Assembly (NCBI GenBank): GCA_002269645.1
Contig: NIVC01000881.1
Span: forward strand, 124,001 to 188,000
Direction: 5' to 3'
Origin: Macrostomum lignano
Lineage: Eukaryota
Length of the DNA: 64,000 nt
Shown here: positions 47,356 to 59,965 of the stretch, piece by piece
Numbering within the stretch: position 1 is the first letter of the stretch
How the letters are laid out: each line of letters starts with the position of its first letter
Program-made: the position numbers and the translations under genes
Notes under the pieces: model-generated
Seen by the model: only the letters and a program-made list of their open reading frames with translations
Told to the model about the DNA's origin: nothing
The model's database searches: none

Positions 47356-50300
47356 ATGCACAGCGGCCGGCCGCAGCCGCGGGTCTCCGCCCGCCTCGCC
47401 GTCACCATCGGGGCGCACGCGCGCGATGTCACCGGGGTGGCTTTCAATGGCGGCCTGCTGGCCACCTGCTCCGGGGACAAGACTGTCCGGTGAGGAGAGC
47501 GGGAGTTGAAGCATTGGGAGACACTGGGGGACACTGAGGGATATGGGGAGACATTGGGAGACATTGTGAGACACTGGGAGTCATTGGGAGACACTGGGAG
47601 ACATTGGGAGTCATTGGGAGACACTGGAAGACATTCGAAGACATTGAAAGACACTGGAAGACATTGTGAGACATTGGGAGATACTGGGAGACATTCGAAG
47701 ACATTGGGAGATACTGGGAGACATTGGGAGACACTGGAAGATATTCGAAGACACTGGGAGACGCTGGCAGACATTGGGAGACATTTGGAGACACCGGAAG
47801 ACGCTGGTAGATATTAGAAGACACTGGGAGATATTGGGAGACACTGGGAGACACTGGGAGACATTGGGAGACACTGGAAGATATTCGAAGACACTGGGAG
47901 ACGCTGGCAGACATTGGGAGACATTTGGAGACACCGGAAGACGCTGGTAGATATTTGAAGACACTGGGAGATATTGGGAGACACTGGGAGACACTGGTAG
48001 ATATTAGAAGACACTGGTAGATATTTGGAGACACTGGGAGTCACTGGGAGATATTGGGAGACACTGGGAGACATTCCAAGACATTTAAGGATGTACTTAA
48101 AAGGCATAAAGATTCACTCAGAGACACTGAGGGGCATTGCAAGTGACAGGGTTACAATGCTTGTAAGTGGGCACAATAACTGCCCGCATCCTGCCCGCAG
48201 GCTGTGGCTCGTGTCCACCTGGCAGGAGGCCGACTGTTCACCGCTCCGAGGCCACGCCTACTGCGTTAATTTCGTGGCCTTCTCGCCGTTCGGCACCATG
48301 TTGGTCAGCTGCTCCACTGACGGCAAGGCCGTCTTCTGGGACCCGAAAACCGGTATCTGATGGCTTAGTGGGGTGAATTGTTGGGTGAACACGCTGTCAG
48401 TGTGGGGTGAACAAGCTGTCAGTGTGGGGTGAACAAGCTGTCAGTGTGGGGTGAACAAGCTGTCCGTGTGGGTGAACAAGCTGTCAGTGTGGGGTGAACA
48501 AGCTGTCAGTGTGGGTGAACAAGCTGTCAGTGTGGGTGAACAAGCTGTCAGTGTGGGGTGAACAAGCTGTCAGTGTGGGTGAACAAGCTGTCAATGTGGG
48601 TGAGCAAGCTGTCCGTGTGGGTGAACAAGCTGTCAGTGTGGGGTGAACAAGCTGTCCGTGTGGGTGAACAAGCTGTCAGTGTGGGGTGAACAAGCTGTCA
48701 GTGTGGGTGAACAAGCTGTCAGTGTGGGTGAACAAGCTGTCCGTGTGGGTGAACAAGCTGTCAGTGTGGGGTGAACAAGCTGTCAGTGTGGGGTGAACAA
48801 GCTGTCAGTGTGGGTGAACAAGCTGTCAGTGTGGGTGAACAAGCTGTCCGTGTGGTTGAACAAGCTGTCCGTGTGGGTGAACAAGCTGTCAGTGTGGGGT
48901 GAACAAGCTGTCAGTGTGGGTGAACAAGCTATCAGTGTGGGTGAACAAGCTGTCAGTGTGGGTGAACAAGCTGTCAGTGTGGGGTGAACAAGCTGTCCGT
49001 GTGGGTGAACAAGCTGTCAGTGTGGGTGAACAAGCTGTCCGTGTGGGTGAACAAGCTGTCAGTGTGGGTGAACAAGCGATTTGGCGGAGGCCAGAGCAGT
49101 TCCCCAGTTGCTCACGCGCTGCTCCCCAAATCCCAACAGATCCCAGGTATGCGCAGCACTAGAAAAATGTTTCGGCTCAAGGGGCTTAACAGCCCAGGTT
49201 TAGGTTGCTGTCAAATCTCCCATGTGTGCCGCGAAAGATCCTCGCCAGACCGGGGTTCGATCCTCTGACCCAGGAATCTCTCGCATTGACACCGCTCTGC
49301 TACCCGGGTAAACACTGGCGGGACCGGCCCTTACCCCTCCCGTCTGCCGCCCCCTCTCTTGAACTGCTTGGGGATAAAAACCTCAGAAATTCGTGACAGA
49401 GTGGGAAACAGCTTGACCAGTTTAGATTGCAATGTTGCTGTGCAAACACTATCGTTGAATGCCAATTCTTTAATTACGCTGATTCCCTGCAAACCCTGGA
49501 CCGTGATTGGAACACACTTTCGCTTCAACTCTATAAATTGTACTTTTATAGAAACTTCAAATTTTCTATGTCTCAGAATCGAAATTTAAATAGACTAGTG
49601 AACCAATCCTCCCCAAACCTGTGATCCCACTCACACCTGTGATCCCATCCCACCCCTGTAATTCTATCCCACACCTGTGATCCCACCAACACATGTGATC
49701 CCGTCCCACCCCTATGATCTGATCCTACATCTGTGATCCCATCCCACACCTGTGATCCCACCCACACCTGTGATCCCATCCCACCCTGTAATTCTATCCC
49801 ACACCTGTGATCCCATCCCACCCCTATGATCTCATCCTACATCTGTGATCCCATCCCACACCTGTGATTCCATCCCACACATGTGATTCCATCCCACACC
49901 TGTTATCCCATCCCACACCTGTGATCCCATCCCACACCTGTGATTCCATCCCACACCTGTGATCCCATCCCACACCTGTGATCCCATCCCACACCTGTGA
50001 TTCCATCCCACACCTGTGATCCCATTCCACACCTGTGATCCCATCCCACCCCTATGATCCTATCCCACTCCTGTGATCTCATCCTACTCCTGTGATCCCA
50101 TCCCACACCTTTGATCCCATCCCACACCTGTGATCCCATCCCACACCTGTGATCCCATCCCACACCTGTGATCCCATCCCACACCTGTGATCCCATCCCA
50201 CACCTGTGATCCCATCCCACACCTGTGATCCCATCCCACACCTGTGATCCCATCCCACACCTGTGATCCCATCCCACACCTGTGATTCCATCCCACACCT

Positions 50301-53300
50301 GTGATCCCATCCCACACCTGTGATCCCATCCCACACCTGTGATTCCATCCCACACCTGTGATCCCATCCCACACCTGTGATCCCATCCCACCCCTATGAT
50401 CCTATCCCACTCCTGTGATCTCATCCTACTCCTGTGATCCCATCCCACACCTTTGATCCCATCCCACACCTGTGATCCCATCCCACACCTGTGATCCCAT
50501 CCGCCCGCAGGCCAGCAGCTCAGCCTGTTCAGCCATCCCAGCAAGTGCAGCATCAGGGCCGGTGCCTTCTCCTTGAACTCGCGTCTCTTTGCAAGCGGCG
50601 GCGAGGACGGCAGCCTCTGCCTCTGGGATGTGCCCTCCCAGTCTCTGCTCCGCTGCCTCTCCGGTCACTGCGGCTCCGTGCTGGGCCTGGCCTTCAGCCC
50701 GGACGGCCGGTTTCTCGTGTCCGGCGCCGCCAGCGGCGACTTGCGCGTCTGGGACGGACAGTTCGGACGGGCAAAGGCGCTGCAGCTGGTGCTGGACGGG
50801 CATGACCTGGGCGTGGCCGGAGTTGACTTCTCACCCTGCCCTGCCAGTGAGTCTGGTAGAGATTCTGTACAGTCTGGTAGAGATTCTGTACAGTCTGGTA
50901 GAGATTCTGTATAGTCTGATAGAGATTCTGTACAGCCGGATAGAGATTCGGTACAGTGTCATAGGAATCGTAAAATGTCATAGATCTGTACACTGTCATA
51001 GATCTGTACACTGTCATAAATCTGTACACTGTCATAGATCTGTACACTGTCATAGATCTGTACACTGTCATAAATCTGTACACTGTCATAGATCTGTACA
51101 CTGTCATAGATCTGTACACTGTCATAGATGCCCTGGCTGTCCGTACACTCAATCCAGCAGTCAATTATCTTTCCGGATCCTGAGGCCGCTAGCCAGAGTT
51201 TCATAATTGAGGCATGGGGGATCGGCGAGCCAAATTAAAAAGAGGATTAGAGAGTCCCAGCTCAAAGCTGCCAAAGAAGCGAAGGGATTAGGCTAACCCT
51301 TCTGACCTCTGGAACCTAAAAGAACAATTAAATTAGGCTGATCTTCTTCTTCTAGAAGAGAGGCAAGAGGGACGGCAAGAATTAGCAAGGCGGGCGTCAT
51401 GAATCCTAGAGATGTTGCAGCAACGGCAGCCCCTAATCTCCGTTTGCATGCCCGGCAAAGTGCAGAGCGGGGGCTCCGGCACTGAAGGTTGCAGATTAAT
51501 TGATGGCGGGAAGGGGAGGCTGCGATGCTGAATGGCGGAGAGATGAAGATGAGGAGATACAGAGTGCCTCAGCGATCCTATTTTGCGTCCCATTTCCCAA
51601 TTATGCGTGTTTCCTCTGCTTTGAAATTCTCTGCTTTTATTAGCTGGCCCTGCTGCTGTTTACCACTGGGGCTCGTCTTGTCTGGGAACTTTATCTGGGC
51701 TGTTTTGGGGCGGTTATAATGCAATGCTTGTCAATAGTAATATATACATTTCCCCCGCTTCCCACATTCCCCATCATCCCGATTCCCATCACCCCTTTCC
51801 TCACCACCCCATTCCCCATCACCCCATTCCCCATCACCCCATTCCCCATCACCTCATTCTCGTTTAACGCATTTTCCATCACCCCATTCCCCATCACCTC
51901 ATTCTCCATCACCCCCTTCCTCATCACCCCATTCCCTACCACCCCTTTCCCCATCACCCCATTCCCCACCACCCCCTTCCCCATCACCCCATTCCCCATC
52001 ATCCCATTCCCATTCCCCATCACCTCATTCTCCACCACCCCATTCCCCACCACCCCATTCCCCACCACCCCATTCCCCACCACCCATTCCCACCACCCCA
52101 TTCCCACCACCCCATTCCCCACCACCCCATTCCCCATCATCTCATCAAGTTTCCCACTGCCCACCTGCTTTCGCTCTTCCGATTTGCATTCCGTCTCTCA
52201 GACAAAATCGCCTCTCAAACCAGCGCCATCCAATAAATTCCTCAATTCCTGTCCACGCCACTCACGCCTCAGATCCGCCTCCCGTTGCCAGGCTCGCATC
52301 CGGAGCCCGGGTCCAGACGCGCCGCCGCGCCCTGCTACACTGTGGCCACTGGGGGCAGCGATAATCTAGTGAAAATCTGGCAGCTCATCTGCTTTGAGGC
52401 AGCGTCTGCAACATCTGCTGCTTCTGGCCCCAACGGCGGGGTCAGCAAAGGTCACAGCAGTGAGTTGTAGCCTGTGACTACGGGGAACTTCTGTCTCTTT
52501 CCAACTGACTTCTCCGGATGAGGAAGAGGAGGGGAAAGTGGAAATGAGTTGGGATGCCTAATTGCGGTTAGACTGGGAGCCGCAGCTTCATCAAGTCTGC
52601 CTTATTTCTCTGTTGGATTGAAATTTTAGCTCCGGGCCAAGCTAAAGGGGAGGCGATTCAGAACTGCTCACCTCCCACCCCGCTTTTCTCAGCCTGACAG
52701 TTGCTGGGAGTGAAGAACTGCTCACAGATTCCTTCTCTGGCTAAGTCTGCGAGAATGCGCTGGGCTGCGGCTTAGAGGACAGAGAGATGCTGAGTGACTG
52801 CTGAACTGTTAATGACGGCGGTGCTAAGTTGATGAGGCTTCCTTGCAGCTGGATTTGTCTGCCTAGCGAAACCATTATTTATAGTAAAATAGTAATTATT
52901 GCTTTTCAAGGTCATGGGCAATTAAAAAATTGAGGATTGCACTGACAGTCATTTCAGAAACGGTCATTACAAACAAAGTAATTGCAGAATCGGTCATTAC
53001 AGAATCGGTCATTACAGAATCGGTCATTACAGAATGGGTCATTACAGAATCGGTCATTACAGAATGGGTCATTACAGAATCGGTCATTACAGAATCGGTC
53101 ATTACAGAATCGGTCATTACAGAATGGGTCATTACAGAAGCGGTCATTACAGAATGGGTCATTACAGAATCGGTCATTACAGAATGGGTCATTACAGAAT
53201 CGGTCATTACAGAATGGGTCATTAAAGAATCGGTCATTACAGAATGGGTCATTACAGAAGCGGTCATTACAGAATGGGTCATTACAGAATGGGTCATTAC

Positions 53301-56300
53301 AGAATGGGTCATTACAGAATCGGTCATTACAGAAGCGGTCATTACAGAATCGGTCATTACAGAATGGGTCATTACAGAATCGGTCATTACAGAATGGGTC
53401 ATTACAGAATCGGTCATTACAGAATGGGTCATTACAGAATGGGTCATTACAGAAGCGGTCATTACAGAATCGGTCATTACAGAAGCGGTCATTACAGAAT
53501 CGGTCATTACAGAATCGGTCATTACAGAATCGGTCATTTCAGAATCGGTCATTTCAGAATCGGTCATTACAGAATGGGTCATTACAGAATGGGTCATTAC
53601 AGAATGGGTCATTACAGAATGGGTCATTACAGAATCGGTCATTACAGAAGCGGTCATTACAGAATCGGTCATTACAGAATGGGTCATTACAGAATCGGTC
53701 ATTACAGAATGGGTCATTACAGAATCGGTCATTACAGAATGGGTCATTACAGAATGGGTCATTACAGAAGCGGTCATTACAGAATCGGTCATTACAGAAG
53801 CGGTCATTACAGAATCGGTCATTACAGAATCGGTCATTACAGAATCGGTCATTTCAGAATCGGTCATTTCAGAATCGGTCATTACAGAATGGGTCATTAC
53901 AGAATGGGTCATTACAGAATGGGTCATTACAGAATCGGTCATTACAGAAGCGGTCATTACAGAATCGGTCATTACAGAATCGGTCATTACGGAATGGGTC
54001 ATTACAGAAGCGGTCATTACAGAATCGGTCATTACAGAATCGGTCATTACAGAAGCGGTCATTACAGAATCGGTCATTACAGAATCGCTCATTACAGAAT
54101 GGGTCATTACAGAATCGGTCATTACAGAAGCGGTCATTACAGAATCGGTCACTACAGAATCGGTCATTACAGAAGCGGTCATTACAGAATCGGTCCTGAC
54201 AAGCAACCGCACAGCCACCTGTCTCTCCCAATGATTCAGTCTCGCCTCCGGAATTGCAGGAAGGCAGCAAGGCAGTCTGAAGCTGCTCTTCTCCCTGAAA
54301 GGCCACAGCAGGGCGGTCATGGCGGTTCAGTTCTCCCCAAATGGGAAGCTGCTCATTTCCTGGTGAGCCAGTGGTCCAGAAAACTGCAGCACTGGGCTGG
54401 CTGCCACTGCCTGAATCTCGCAACCAAAGCCCTTCCAACTTTTTTCCCCTTCCCAGTTCCGGGGATCACACTGTGAGGATCTGGAAGCCGGTGAGTGAAG
54501 CCCGTTTGTTGTCGCCTTGAAGCAGAAAAGTGCAAAATTTTGAGAAAAACACTACTGGCACGGCTTACTGAGGCCCGTCTGCTTTCCAGGAAACCGCGTC
54601 CTCGCTGCACGTTGTGGAGGCTCACGCGCGGTGGGTGGCTTTGGCTGCCTGGGAATCTAGTGGGGAATCTAGTGAGGAATCTAGTGGGGAATCTAGTGGG
54701 GAATCTAGTGGGGAATCTAGTGAGGAATCTAGTTGGAATCTAGTGGGGAATCTAGTAGGGAATCTAGTAGGGAAATCTAGTGGGGAATCTAGTAGGGAAA
54801 TCTAGTGGGGAATCTAGTGGGGATTCTATAGTGGGGAATCTAGTGGGGATTCTAGTGGGGGAATCTACATGTAGTTGAGAATCTGGTGGGGAAATCTAGT
54901 AGGGAACCTAGTAGGGGAATCTAGTGAGGGATCTAGTGGGTAATTAAACAGTGGGAGTAGTAGAAGACAGTGCAGGCGGGAGCATACGGCATCAAGCTCT
55001 CCAGTAGTCCATGACGCAACTGAACCGGATAAATGTGCAAGCTGACCCCCTACCGCCGCAGCTACGTCACCAGCTGCTGCTTCTCCAGTGACGGTCGCCG
55101 ACTTGCCAGCGGCTCCAACGACCGCCTCGTCCGAGTCTGGGACCTGGCCATCGAGGAGCTGCCGGACAGCGCAGACACCGGACAGCAGGGTGAGGGACCT
55201 GGGAGGCTGAGTGAGTGTGCCACCATGAAAACTCCAGCCCTGAGTATCCTTGACGTCCCTCTCCTTGCCAAGTTGCAGTCGGCGAGGACGCGGCTTCCGA
55301 TTGTTGCAGTTTCTGCTCCTGCAGCTGCAGTTGCTGCTGCTGCTGCGACAGCTGCTGCGGCGTCGGTGGCTGCAGCGGCGGCGGCGCTGCCGAGGTCAGC
55401 GAGTTCGCGGGCCCGCAGCCACCGCCGCCGCCGCCACCGCCGCCGCTGCCGCCACCTCCGGGCGCGAAAGCTCGCCGCGCTGCCCGCCCGGCTGCGACCA
55501 TCCAGAAGCTGCCGACTTCCCCGATATCCACCTGGACCGTCGACGAGGTGGCCCGCCTGCTGGAGGGTCTCGGACTGCGGGAGCTGCTGCCTGCCTTCCG
55601 ACGGGACCGCGTGGATGGCAGCGCCTTGCTGAGCCTCACGGACCGGCGGCTGCGCGACCAGCTGGGTGTCGGTGAGACTGCCTCACCCTCTGTCTCACCC
55701 TCTATCTCACCCTCTGCCTCACCCTCTGCCTCACCGTCTGTCTCACCCTCTGCCTCACCCTCTGCCTCACCCTCTGCCTCACCCTCTGTCTCACCCTCTA
55801 TCTCACCCTCTGCCTCACCCTCTGCCTCACCCTCTGCCTCACCGTCAGTCTCACCCTCTGCCTCACCCTCTGCCTCACCCTCTATCTCACCCTCTGTCTC
55901 ACCCTCTGTCTCACCCTCTGCCTCACCCTCTGCCTCACCCTCTGCCTCACCCTCTGCCTCACCCTCTGCCTCACCCTCTGCCTCACCCTTTGTATCACCC
56001 TTTGTATCACCCTCTGCCTCATCCTGTCTCACCGTCTGCCTCACCCTCTGCCTCACCGTCTGTCTCACCCTCTGCCTCACCCTCTGTCTCCCCTCTGTCT
56101 CACCCCTGTCTCACCCTCTGCCTCACCCTCTATATCACCCTCTGCCTCACCCTCTATATCACCCTCTGCCTCACCCTCTATATCACCCTCTGCCTCACCC
56201 TCTGTCGCACCCTCTGCCGCACCATCCACCTAAACATTCGTTCCACATTTTTTCTTACCGTGCATCTCAGCACTGTCTACTGTGAAGTCTCAATCTACCT

Positions 56301-58679
56301 GGCTCAAAGCTTCTCCTGGGGTGTGAAATTATGAAATCCCATGCGGATTACTGGCTCCTCATCAGCCTGACAACAGCATCCCAATGCCCCAGTTGCAAAT
56401 CTCCACCTCAGGATCGATATCGTCTGTTTTTCAAAAAAAACGAAACACAATCCTAATCTCGAGTCAGACATTCTTGTTATTAGTTTTTTTCCTCAGCGGC
56501 ATTCAGCACTGTGAGCCGGTGGTGTCCGGTTTCAGCCCTGATTTTCAGCTTCCCTATCTGCAGATTGGAGCTGAATTATTTAGCAGGGAGTTGCACTGCT
56601 TGGCTAGTTTTACAGTTTCCCTCCGTGAGTTCTTCATTCACTTGCCTATGCGGGCAAGACCTCCCGCTGTGGGATGTCGCTCGGGCCCCACCATCTGTGA
56701 CAAGTTTACCACCGACTGACAGATCCCAGCGGGACACGAACTGCTGCTGCGGGTGAGGGGCGGCTGGCGGCGCACCTTTGAAAGATAGGACAAGATGCGT
56801 CTTACTCTGAAACCTGCTTTGGAGTTCATCATGTGCCTCTCCGCTTTTGGGGGCCTTCAAGTTTATCACTTCAAACCGTCGGCTCTGCCCCTCACTTCCG
56901 TCAGCTCTGCCCCTCACTTCCGTCAGCTCTGCCCCTCACTTCCGTCAGCTCTGCCCCTCACTTCCGTCAGCTCTGCCCCTCACTTCCGTCAGCTCTGCCC
57001 CTCACTTCCGTCAGCTCTGCCCCTCACTTCCGTCAGCTCTGCCCCTCACTTCCGTCAGCTCTGCCCCTCACTTCCGTCAGCTCTGCCCCCTCACTTCCGT
57101 CAGCTCTGCCCCTCACTTCCGTCAGCTCTGCCCCTCACTTCCGTCAGCTCTGCCCCTCACTTCCGTCAGCTCTGCCCCTCACTTCCGTCAGCTCTGCCCC
57201 TCACTTCCGTCAGCTCTGCCCCTCACTTCCGTCAGCTCTGCCCCTCACTTCCGTCAGCTCTGCCCCCTCACTTCCGTCAGCTCTGCCCCTCACTTCCGTC
57301 AGCTCTGCCCCTCACTTCCGTCAGCTCTGCCCCTCACTTCCGTCAGCTCTGCCCCTCACTTCCGTCAGCTCTGCCCCTCACTTCCGTCAGCTCTGCCCCT
57401 CACTTCCGTCAGCTCTGCCCCTCACTTCCGTCAGCTCTGCCCCCTCACTTCCGTCAGCTCTGCCCCCTCACTTCCGTCAGCTCTGCCCCTCACTTCCGTC
57501 AGCTCTGCCCCTCACTTCCGTCAGCTCTGCCCCTCACTTCCGTCAGCTCTCCCTCACTCGCATCCTCTCTCCCCTCACTCGCATCCGCTCTCCCCCCTCA
57601 CAATGAACTTGCAGAAGTCGCTGCAGACCGCAGGAAACTCCTGAAAGCCGTGGCCTCACTGCGCGGCCCCGCCCATCGGGCTGCGGAGCCGCCCCAGCAC
57701 CCAGGTGAGAGAGAATCCCAAACTGCCTTTTGTCGCTCACCCACGCCACCCACCTTTTACTCATTATGGCATTCAATGCACAGCCCTAACGACATGCAGC
57801 TTGAGAAGCAGTTCTACAGAATTCATTATTTATAAGCTACAAGTTGCAGAAGAACATTTTTTACGGGAAAACTTAGTTCTCAGCCTGTAACAAAAAAACT
57901 GTTTAGTACTTTTCATATACGTATATACATAGAGAGAAGTTGCCTGTTTACTTCAGTATAAGTGACAAACTCGAAACTTCCCAAGCTCAAAACTTCCCAA
58001 ACTCGAACTTCCCAAACTCGAACTTCCCAAGCTCGAAATTTCACAAACTCGAAACTTCACAAACTGAAACTTCACAAACTCGAAACTTCACAAGCTCGAA
58101 ACTTCACAAACTCGAAACTTCACAAGCTCGAAACTTCACAAACTCGAAACTTCACAAGCTCGAAACTTCACAAACTCGAAACTTCACAAGCTCGAAACTT
58201 CACAAACTCGAAACTTCACAAGCTCGAAACTTCACAAACTCGAAACTTCACAAACTCGAAACTTCACAAACTCGAACTTCCCAAACTCGAAACTTCACAA
58301 ACTCGAAACTTCACACACTAAAAACTTCACAAACTCGAAACTTTACAAATTCGAAACTTCACAAACTCGAAACTTCCCAAGCTCAAAACCTCATCATAAT
58401 TTTACAAAAATATGGATTGTCTGTACCAAACTACCTTCTGAAGTCGCCAACATTATAGCGGAGTTCGTCTGTCCAGTCACGCGGGAGGTGATGCTCGACC
58501 CCGTGATCGCGGCTGACGGGCACACCTACGAGAGGTCGGCTATAGAGACCTGGTTCGCGTCCGGTCGCTGCGTGAGTCCCATGACCGGACAGCCACTCGG
58601 ACAGCAGCTCATACCAAATAGGAGCCTGCGGAAACTCATATTGAAACATCTGAGAGTTGATCAGCCATCGTCAGCGTAG
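47356..58679 (+). CDS. WDSUB1: WD repeat, SAM and U-box domain protein 1 (~599 aa, 11 exons)
   Basis: Exons 47356-47489, 48201-48352, 50511-50846, 52292-52459, 54260-54362, 54457-54490, 54590-54630, 55062-55189, 55279-55671, 57615-57704 and 58459-58679 (1800 nt, phases consistent). WD40 motifs [53 protein letters not shown]; [14 protein letters not shown]; U-box [25 protein letters not shown]...SPMT...PNRSL. The exon 8/9 junction is uncertain. Confidence 0.93.
47510..48075. repeat. Degenerate 10/20-bp repeat (GGGAGACATT/GGGAGACACT) in WDSUB1 intron 1
   Basis: Starts about 20 nt after the donor. Confidence 0.9.
48385..49077. repeat. 21/22-bp minisatellite GTGTGGGTGAACAAGCTGTCA at the 5' end of WDSUB1 intron 2
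   Basis: About 32 units. Confidence 0.93.
49100..49308 (-). mobile_element. Possible tRNA-derived SINE in WDSUB1 intron 2
   Basis: Minus strand has TAGCAGAGCGG (A-box consensus, 49302-49292) and GGATCGAACCC (B-box-like, 49263-49253). The 3' end and a TSD were not found. Confidence 0.45.
49615..50502. repeat. 19-bp minisatellite ACACCTGTGATCCCATCCC at the 3' end of WDSUB1 intron 2
   Basis: About 46 units ending about 8 nt before the CAG acceptor. Confidence 0.95.
50851..51130. repeat. Two adjacent arrays at the 5' end of WDSUB1 intron 3: 21-bp GTCTGGTAGAGATTCTGTACA and 18-bp TCATAGATCTGTACACTG
   Basis: The first 21-bp unit overlaps donor positions +5/+6. The two units share TCTGTACA. Confidence 0.9.
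51765..52140. repeat. ~15-bp repeat CCCCATTCCCCATCA in WDSUB1 intron 3
   Basis: C-rich degenerate array. Confidence 0.9.
52962..54196. repeat. 15-bp minisatellite GGTCATTACAGAATC in WDSUB1 intron 4
   Basis: About 82 units; source of the SVITE, NRSLQ and GHYRI ORFs. Confidence 0.97.
54650..54942. repeat. 12-bp repeat GTGGGGAATCTA in WDSUB1 intron 7
   Basis: Starts about 20 nt after the donor. Confidence 0.9.
55680..56220. repeat. 12-bp repeat CCTCACCCTCTG at the 5' end of WDSUB1 intron 9
   Basis: About 45 units starting about 9 nt after the donor. Confidence 0.93.
56881..57550. repeat. 22-bp minisatellite CTCTGCCCCTCACTTCCGTCAG at the 3' end of WDSUB1 intron 9
   Basis: About 30 near-perfect units. 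Confidence 0.97.
57967..58385. repeat. 16-bp minisatellite AAACTCGAAACTTCAC in WDSUB1 intron 10
   Basis: About 26 units. Confidence 0.92.
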
Positions 58680-58764
58680 CAGTTTGTGTTTCTGATCGTT
58701 CATTGCGTCTCCATTAGCACGCTTTTGCTGTCTGATTTAAGTGCGAGGTTTGTTCTCCAGGATT

Positions 58765-59965
58765 GGTAGATTGTTCTCTGAATCGGTAGATTGTTCTCTG
58801 AATCGGTAGATTGTTCTCTGAATCGGTAAATTGTTCTCTGAATCGGTAGATTGTTCTCTGAATCGGTAAATTGTTCTCTGAATCGGTAGATTGTTCTCTG
58901 AATCGGTAAATTGTTCTCTGAATCGGTAGATTGTTCTCTGAATCGATAGATTGTTCTCCGAATCGGTAGATTGTTCTCTGAATCGGTAGATTGTTCTCTG
59001 AATCGGTAGATTGTTCTCTGAATCGATAGATTGTTCTCCGAATCGGTAGATTGTTCTCTGAATCGGTAGATTTTTCTCTAAATCAGTAGATTGTTCTTTG
59101 AATCGGTAGATTGTTCTCTGAATCGGTAGATTGTTCTCTGAATCGGTAAATTGTTCTCTGAATCGGTAGATTGTTCTCTGAATCGATAGATTGTTCTCTG
59201 AATCGGTAGATTGTTCTCTGAATCAGTAGATTGTTCTCTGAATCGGTAGATTGTTCTCTGAATCGGTAAATTGTTCTCTGAATCGGTAGATTGTTCTCTG
59301 AATCGGTAGATTGTTTTCTGAATCGATAGATTGTTCTCTGAATCGGTAGATTGTTCTCTGAATCAGTGGATTGTTCTCTGAATCAGTGGATTGTTCTCTG
59401 AATCGGTAGATTGTTTTCTGAATCGATAGATTGTTCTCTGAATCGGTAGATTGTTCTCTGAATCGATAGATTGTTCTCTGAATCGGTAGATTGTTCTCTG
59501 AATCAGTAGATTGTTCTCTGAATCGGTAGATTGTTCTCTGAATCGGTAAATTGTTCTCTGAATCGGTAGATTGTTCTCTGAATCGGTAGATTGTTTTCTG
59601 AATCGATAGATTGTTCTCTGAATCGGTAGATTGTTCTCTGAATCAGTGGATTGTTCTCTGAATCAGTGGATTGTTCTCTGAATCGGTAGATTGTTTTCTG
59701 AATCGATAGATTGTTCTCTGAATCGGTAGATTGTTTTCTGAATCGATAGATTGTTCTCTGAATCGGTAGATTGTTCTCTAAATCGGTAGATTGTTCTCTG
59801 AATCAGTAGATAGTTCTCTGAATCGGTAGATTGTTCTCTGAATCAGTGGATTGTTCTCTGAATCGGTAGATTGTTTTCTGAATCGATAGATTGTTCTCTG
59901 AATCGGTAGATTGTTCTCTGAATCGGTAGATTGTTCTCTGAATCAGTAGATAGTTCTCTGGATTT
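58765..59965. repeat. 20-bp minisatellite AATCGGTAGATTGTTCTCTG downstream of the WDSUB1 stop
   Basis: About 60 units starting about 85 nt after the stop. Confidence 0.97.

Noticed and set aside
52896-54476. SVMTD, SVITE, NRSLQ and GHYRI repeat ORFs
   Set aside because: They come from a stop-poor 15-bp array inside WDSUB1 intron 4; flanking exons splice in phase without it.
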